The notes beneath the pieces are model-generated. The model was given only the letters and a program-made list of their open reading frames with translations. It did no database searches and had not been told where the DNA came from. A program made the position numbers and the translations under genes. From positions 1-62,833 of IMG/VR virus record IMGVR_UViG_3300033144_005983: DNA of 62,833 bases. One strand, given 5' to 3'. The stretch comes from a virus. Lineage: Duplodnaviria > Caudoviricetes. Positions 13,901-22,900 of the stretch are shown piece by piece. Position 1 is the first letter of the stretch. Every line of letters begins with the position of its first letter.

Positions 13901-16900
13901 ACAATCAAAAAGGTAAAGACGGTAAAATGTATACTGTTTATCACAGAATCAGTACATTAGGAACTCGACAAGATGCTGAATATGATGCAAACGAAGCAAA
14001 CTTACTAAGTAAGAATACTGAGAATCTTCCTAAAACTTTAGCACCTACCCCTGAATCTCCTCAAGTAGTAGAACAAACTAATAATACTCAAAATCAAGGG
14101 CTTAAAAGAGCAGGAGATGGCCAAAACGAGATCATAGCAAAAAAAGATACTCCTATCCAAGGAGTAATTGATGCTATTAGTGAGCCTGTAACAGGAGACA
14201 CTCAAGCAGAAAGACAAAATCAAAGACTAAAAAATCTTCTCTCATATGTAGCAAGAACAAGTGGAAGTAATGCTTTTAATAGACAAATGGCTACACTATA
14301 TTCTAGAATGCTTGGGAGTTTAAGCGAAACTCCGATTGGTCTTAATATGTATGGAGCAGTAGAAAAAGGAGGAGAAGTAGTTCAACTAGATCCTGATGGA
14401 GGAATTTTAGTTACAGGATTTTTCGGAGGAAAATTTACTCCAAAAAAAGGATATGAAGCAGCTCATCTTGATTTATATCAAAGTAAAAAAAGTGATTATG
14501 TAAATACTAAATTTTCAAAAGAAGAGCAAATAGAATATCAAAACAATTTAATACTACATGAATTTACACATGTACTCACATCAGGACTAGCTACCAAAGT
14601 AACAATGGGAAAAGCTACAGCTACTGAGAAGAAATTCTATAAGAATATAGTTAAACTAAGAGATGCTACTCTAGATGCTTTAGTTAAATCAGGTCCAGAA
14701 ACTCAAATAAAATTTAGAATAAAAGGAAGTCAAGATTTTGGTACTAAAACATTAGGAGAATTATTTGGGGATAACTGGAAAGATGAAAAAACCAGAAGAG
14801 ACTATATAAATAAATTACAAGACGATTTTAAAAAAGGTGAAGGAATACCTAATCATTATATTAATGAATTACTATATCCTTTATTTGGAGAAAGAGCAGG
14901 CCAAGGAGATATAGAAGAATTCCTTGCAGGCATAATGACTTCCCCAACATTTCAAATATTTGCTCGTTCTCATTCAATTCCAACAGGTTACCAACAAGGA
15001 AAGAATCTTTGGGAAAAATTAATAGAGATATTCAATACTCTTTTTAAGAGCTGGGAAAAAGAAACTGGAATAACAGGAGTAAAAGACAGTATTCTTAAAT
15101 ATGGAATAGATCAAACCTTACAGATGGCTACTCTTCAAGCTGAAGAAATGGCAAAACTCAAAGAGAAAAAAACAATAGAAGATGGTGAATTCCTTGAAGA
15201 TGCCCTTGAAGATGATGTGGACTATAGCATATCAGGACCAGGAGAAAGAATTGTTATAGATGGAGATGATAATGTAGAAATACATGCTCGTAAAATGTAT
15301 AATAAACAAGATGCTGAACAAGTTTTTAAAATAATTGAAGACATATTTGATAGAACTTATGGTGCAGAACATGCTGAATCTGACAAATCGGGAAGAATAA
15401 GACGTTCTATGTATTATGGAGATGTAGAGTATGTATATGGAACAGGAAAGTCTGAAGTAAGAAGACCTCCAAATACAAATGTACCTCCTGCATTAAATAA
15501 AGTTATAAGAGATGTAGAAAAAAGATTAGGCTATCCTGAAGGTTACTTTGACGTAAATCTGATAAATGAATATAAAGACGGCAAGCAAAAAATTAATTTT
15601 CATACTGATAAAGAACCTATACTTGTAGATAACGGAAGAGTTGACCCTACTGTAGTAACAATAAGTTTTGGGGATACCAGAAGTATGGTTGTTAAGGCAA
15701 TAAGAGGAGGAAAAGAAGTTTCTATTCCTATGGAATCTGGAGTTGCTATAACTATGGGAACTCGTTCTCAACTTGATTACCTACATGGTATAAAAGAAGA
15801 AGGGAATAAAACCAAAAGATTTAGTATAACTCTAAGACATAACGCAGTTAAAGCTAGACAAGTAGCAGAAACAAGTGCCCAAGAAGCTTTAACTCAAGAA
15901 GAGTTGATGGAGCAGGCTGCGGGAATGACTGCAATACAGCAAAACTTTACAGATGGTTCAAAATACCAAGACGAAAATGGTGTATGGAAAGAACGTACTA
16001 TGCAACCTCAATTTAAAGGTAAATCTGCTATGGATCTTATATTGAGTGGAGATAGAACCAGAACTACAAGAGCTAAGACAGATATTCAAAGAATGGTAAA
16101 AGAATATGGGCTAAGCAGAATATCAGATCTTAAAGGAAAAATTGTAAGAATGACCTCTAAAGATGGTCGTTCAGTATTTACTAAAATTACAGGAGTACAT
16201 CAGTTTACTACAGAATATCAAAACCAAACTTGGCAACAAGAAGGATGGACAAAAGATGTGACAGATAGATTAGTAGGTGATTACCCTATTGCCTTAGAAT
16301 TTGAAGTAGTAGAAGGAACTGAAACTCATACAACAGACCCTAGAAAAACTACTGACGAAAAACCAAAGACAGTAGAAGAAATACAATCATTTTTTCCTAT
16401 AAGACGTTTAGACGCTTATACAGTTAGTGAATTGTTTCAAGGCATAAGTGGAGTACTACGTTTACAAGGAGCACCAGGAGTTCAATTAAAAGTATTTGGT
16501 AATAGAGTGCCGAAAGGAGTATATACTTATGATAATGTAGTTCAAGCTGTTCTTGATAAATTGACATTACGAGGAAAATATGACGGTTTACTTGAACTAT
16601 TAGAAAAAGAAAATCTTAAAGAAGAGGTTGAAGGAACAACTACTCCTACACAACCTGCAATAAAAACTGATCCTACACTACCTACAAAAATGGCTGATTT
16701 TACAAATCATTCAGGAGGAGCAAAAGGAGGAGATACACTTTGGGATAAAATAGGAAGAGGTTTTGGAGTAGTTAATCATAAACATTATAGAGAACCTGGA
16801 GCTACTGATGTAGATAGCGACCAATTAAAAAATCGAGGTACTAAACCTACTCATCTATCTACTGAAGATTATCAAGAAGGACAAAAGAAAGCAACTATTG

Positions 16901-19900
16901 CAGCTAGACAAATGGGAAGAGTTGCACCTACTCATCAAGTTAGATCAGCTTATATGATTAGAAACTGGGCACAAGTTAAGTATGCAGATGCTGTATATGC
17001 TATTGGAACTATAATTCCCAAAGGGACTGAAATGAAATATGGCAAAAAAGCCAAAATAGAGCAAGTAAAAGGAGGAACAGGTTATGCAGTTCAAATGGCC
17101 ATCAATGAAGGTAAACCAGTTTATGTATATGATGCAACACAAGATAGTTGGTTTCAATGGGAAGTCAAAACAGAAAGATTTAGAAAAACTGAAATTCCTG
17201 TACTTACTAAAAACTTTGCAGGTATAGGATCTCGTAGTTTAAGTACAAAAGAAGCTTGGGCTAAATCTGAACAAGCTATTAGTGATGTATATCAAAAAAC
17301 TGATAGTTTACTGGAACAATGGTTAGCAGAGACTGTTTATGATTCTCCTCAAGCTATAGCAAAAGGAACAAATATTCCACGTACAAAACTTTTTGATGTA
17401 AACGAAACTCGTACTGATCTTTCACCTGATCCCGTAGAGTTTACTGGAGTTGCTCAAGAATTAGTAGACTACAGAGGAACTATCTATAGAATAGAAGTCG
17501 ATAGTACTTTCCAAAAGAAACAAGTTAAAAACCATAGAACAGATAAGTTAGTTCCTCCAGGCACAGTAATTTATGAAAATGTTATAGCATTAGGAACTGA
17601 AAATTATAGTACTCCTAGTGAACCTCAATCTACAAATAATAGTGTAACTATTAATGGAGTTACGATAGACACAGGCCCTATAGCTCTTACAGAGGATCAG
17701 ACTATAGGCCTTCAAAAAATGGCAGATTTCTTTGATAGAAAAGATGCTAACGCAGGAAATGCATTTTCTTTAAGAGGGTATGCAGGAACTGGAAAAACTA
17801 CTTTAGTTACATTCTTTTTAAGTTATGTTGCCTCTAAAAGAGGAACCCAAGAAAAAATAGAACTTTCTACCCCTACTCATTATGCAAATGATGTTTTATA
17901 CTCCGTAATTTCAACTGCAGGATCTCATATTGGACTTTCTAATGTCGAACTACCAAGAACTGTAGACTCAAGATTGAGCACAGCTAAAATGATAGATAGT
18001 AATGGTAGAGTTGTATTTAGTAATAAATATCAAACACAAGAAAAAATAGAAAAAGGATTTCCTTATGGATCTGTACTTATTATAGATGAGGCCTCTATGA
18101 TAAAAGATGATTTTAATAAAGCAATAAGCATGCTAATTAAAAAGCAAAACATGAAAACCATATTCATGGGAGATCCTTTGCAGTTGCCACCTGTTGGAAA
18201 TAAACAATTAAGTGATGCATTGAATCATGGAGATCACTATGAGCTAACTGAAGTTAAAAGACAAGAAAAAGGTAATCCTTTAATGAAAGTTTTAGGAAGC
18301 ATAAGAAGTAATAGACTTTCTAGAACAGATAAATTTGAACATAAAACAGATGTAAACGAAAAAGGAGAAGGAATAGTTTGGACAAGTAATATGCAAACTT
18401 TTAAAGATACTATTGTAGAATATATGGGAAATTCTGCTATGAAATCAAGTCCTCTTTATGCAAAAGTAATAGCCTATACAAATGCTGCAGTAAAAGAATA
18501 TAATACGCTTGGAAGACGAGCTCTTTTAGGAGATAAAGTAATGAATGGAGCCTTTCAAGTAGGAGAACCACTTACTGGATATGCTAAATCTGGACAAATT
18601 GACAATGCAGGAACCTACGTTATTACAGAACAAACAAGCTACACAGATGAAATGCTTGTTGCAGATAATCCCGATCTTAATGAAAAAATAGGAAATACTT
18701 CTGATGCAGGAGCTTTAGTCAGTAAAATAACAGGTCAAAGAATGTCTGAACTCGCATTTACAGGAAAACTTGTTACAGTACAAAGAAGATATTCAGCTGA
18801 AGTAGAAGAAAAGTTAAAAAAAGAAAATGCTTATCCAAAACCTTTTAAAACATTCATATTTGATCCTGCTGCTAAAGCAGAAGGTAATATTGCAGTATTA
18901 GATGTACTTACTCAAATAGAAACTTATAAAAGTCAAATATATAGTGATGATAGTCTTACTTTAAGAGAAAAAAATAAACGCTATGCACAAAGTTTTGACC
19001 AATTAGACACAATTAAAGATCAGTTTCAGATACCTGCAGAACGATATCAAGCAAAAACTGCTTCACTAGGAGGTGAAACGATGTCGAAAGCGGAAGCAAT
19101 GAAAAGATTTAAAGGAGACTTTTATAAAGGAAAGTGGGTAGGAATAAAAAATAGTAATCTTTTCCAACATGAAAAAACTTTGGATTATGGCTACGCTATT
19201 ACTGCTCATAAAGCTCAAGGTTCTACTTATACAAATGTTCTTATAGACTGGGACAATATGGAAAAAGTATCAGGAAGAGTAATAAACGATTGGGATGGTA
19301 AACCATATATGACTGAAAGCAACTCTTTAAAATATGTAGCTCTTTCCCGACCCACTACTAAAGCTATTATATATAGTGCAGATGTTGTCCCAGGAGAACA
19401 AAAAACAAATACACTAACTGAAGACTCGCCTGCAAGTGCAGTAGGCCTAACTGGTGAAGTAGGCTTTGCAACAGGTGGAATAGATTTCAATGAATTACAA
19501 GATCTGGTAGCAAGTCCAGCAGAAGTCAAAAAAGCATTAGGTAAAGAGAAGCAAGAGTACGACGACTTTATGACAAGGCTAGATGATGATACTTCAGGAG
19601 AATTTGGACAGAAAAAAGAAGTTCCTATAGAATCTATAGCAAAAGACGCTATTTATACAGGAGTATTTTTAGGTAAAGAAGCAAGAAAAATGTTACTAGA
19701 CAAGTTTCCTGCTAAACATAAAAATGTTTTCATGCATCATTCAACAGTTCAGTTTAAACCTGAATCTGAAGATATAATGAATTTGGACTTTAATGGTCAC
19801 ACTGACTTAGTTGTTACAGGAATAGTTCAGGATGATAAAGGACAAGCCCTTATTGTAAAAAATCCTGTTTCTAAAATACCTGTTCCACATATTACAGTAT

Positions 19901-22900
19901 CAACTGCTGAAGGAGTTAAACCTTTTTACTCTAATGCAATGATAAAGAAAGCCATCAAAGAAGGCAATGTACAAACTTTAAAAGACCCTGTTGTAATCAA
20001 GGGTAAATTAGGAGTAATGTCAAAAAAGAATGATATATACCTTTCTAAAGATACTAAACCCGCTCCTAAAGTAATCCCTACTATAAGGAATCTTCCTTTA
20101 CATAAAATTGAAAAAGGATATGGATTACTTAATAGTAAAGGAGGTAAAAAACTATTTACCTTTATTAAAGGTGCCCAAGATATTGCAAAAAAAATAGAAG
20201 CTGAAAATCCTGGAGTACAAACAAAAATAGTTCCAGATACTAACAGAGGCTACATAATATTACTTTCAGATACTAGAGGTGATGGAACAATAAGTCAAGC
20301 ATCTCCTATAGTAAGTTCAAACAGATTAGGAAAACTTGATAATGCTACAAGAATAGTAGTTTCATCAATTGAAAATCAAATAGCTAACCTTAATAGAAGG
20401 ATAACTAGAGCCAGATCTCTTGATAAAGATGATAAGAGAGAAGCAATTGCTCCATTAGAGCATAGAATTACTGTACTAAAAGAGCAAATAGATACTATAA
20501 TAGATAAAAAAACCTCACAACAAGTAGTTGATATAGCAAAAGAACAGCTTCAATGGGCAAGTGATCTATTAGCAAAAAATGGAACAATGGCTGATCTTGA
20601 TTCAGTGATTAAAACTATCAAAGCATGGGAAGGAGTATTAGATAGGGTTAGTAAAGATACTGAGTTTAAAAGATATGATTTCCAAGACTTGCCTGCTATA
20701 TTGTTTGATCTTGAAAGACGATGGACTACTTCTGCAAAAGAAATAATAGGATATCAAGTGAATGCTTCATCAGGAATGGATCTCGCTATGGAAGATATTT
20801 TTGGTCCTCAATTTGATCCAGATTGGTTCAGTGCAACTACTCGAGGAGCATATACTTCTAAAGTACCCCTCGTTAGAATAGTAGATAAATGGCTACAAGA
20901 TGCAATCATTAAAGCTAATAATGAATTTACAGGAATAGCAAAAGAAGTAGACAAAGCTATTAAAGAATTAGCAGAAGCTCCTGGAGGAACTCTCATAGAG
21001 AAATTTGATATGATGGCTCAAATAGATGAAGAAGGAAAGAAAACAGGCAATCTAGTTAGAAGAGTAGGAATAGAATACTATAGACAACTAGCAGCACAAC
21101 GTTCAAAATTAGATACTGCCAGAGGTAAAGCAGGAAATGCAAATACAGCTTATAGAAATCATATCAAATGGTTAGGTGACAATACAGTAGGTATAAATAT
21201 AAACATGCTTATTGATGGTAAAGAAGTATATGATCCTCGTATTCCTATGGAAGATCAGAAAGTTAGATCTGCAGAAGAAGTAGCAGAGTATAGAAAAAGT
21301 TTAATAGAAAAACTAGGAGGAGACGAACAAGCTGAAGAAATAGTAGATGCTTTAATTGAAGATCAAAAATTAAGATTTGAGCAATATAAAAACGCAAGAG
21401 AAGAAATAATAATAGGTAACGAAGCTAAGTATCCTTCTGAAAAGAAAGAAGATATCTCTGGAAGATCTAATGCATTAGGATATTGGGAACAAAGAAATAG
21501 TCCCTTTATATACAGTAGTATAACAGAAAAAATATTAGATCCAACTAAATTGAAAAAAGTTGGTGGTGTAACCGAAAATGCTATTCCAAATAAATTTAGT
21601 TTTAAAAGTAATAGAGCTTCTCAATATGTTCCATCAGTACCTGCTTCTAAATTTTGGGATAGTAGGTTTAAGGAGATCATGAAAGATCCCGCATTAAAGA
21701 AATTCTATGAGTTTTATAGTGATAAAATGGAGGATATGTGGAGTGTGCTTCCTGATAATGGAGACATCAGTAAAAACCGAATACCTGATTTAGTCCGTGA
21801 CCTTCAAGAAAAATATACAGACTCTGCTCTTAGAGGAATAATTACAGGAGCACAAGACAGCTTAGTAAGTTTATTAACTGATAGAACTAATGCTGAAGTA
21901 GAATATGGAACTATAGATTCAGGTACAGGAGAAAAAATTCCTTCCATTCCATTATGGATGACAAATGAATCCTTAATGCCCGATCAAAAAAGTTATGATC
22001 TTGGAAAAATACTTAAAGCTTTTGCGGCCATGGCTACTAATTACAAACATAAAGCACGAGTAGAACCTCAAGTTATTCTAGCAAATAGAATGCTAAGAAA
22101 TGTAAAAGAAGCTACTGAAACTGAACGAGGAACTAAACAGATAGATGGACAAGGGCACTTAATGAGAAAAGAAGCAGGACTAACTCGTTCTAAAGCTCAA
22201 TTACAATACACTATAGAAGCCTTACTTTATGGCATAACAAGAGAACCTGGTACTCCTATTAAAATATTAGAAGATGTAGGAAGTGACTTAAAGATGAGTA
22301 CTGAAGCAAAAGAACAGCTACAACACGCAACTGAGGCAGCCGATCAATTTAAAAAAGATTTAGATAGTGGAGTTGAATACCTACAAGCCTACTCTGATTT
22401 TAAGAAGACTGTTAAAGACCTTCCTAAAGGAGTTAAATCGTTTATATATTCTGATTTAAACCAGAGACCTGAATTTTTAAGCTCAGATCCTGTCCGCCCA
22501 GTCTTTGAACTCACAGAAAAGAACAAAGAAAACTATATTAAAGCTCTACGAAAGCATTTTGAGCGTCCTATAACGTACCAAAGTGCAGGTGATGTGCTTA
22601 TAAGCTACACACAAGCCCTTGGAATGGGTTTTAACTGGTTCTCAGCCACTGCAAACCTTGTATTTGGTACATCTGCAGTGTTCAGACATGCAGCAGGAGG
22701 TTCTGAGTACACTACAAAACAAGCTAGACAAGCATTTGGAATAATGATGGCTTCTACTATGAATGGAGGAAAATACTCTCCTACACAATCAGGTAAAAAA
22801 GTAAGAGCTCTAATGGAAAACTTTGATGGTCTTGCTCAGGTAGTTGAATCTATGTATGGAGATGACTCTTCCAGAAGTGAAAACTGGTTATACTTCTTAC

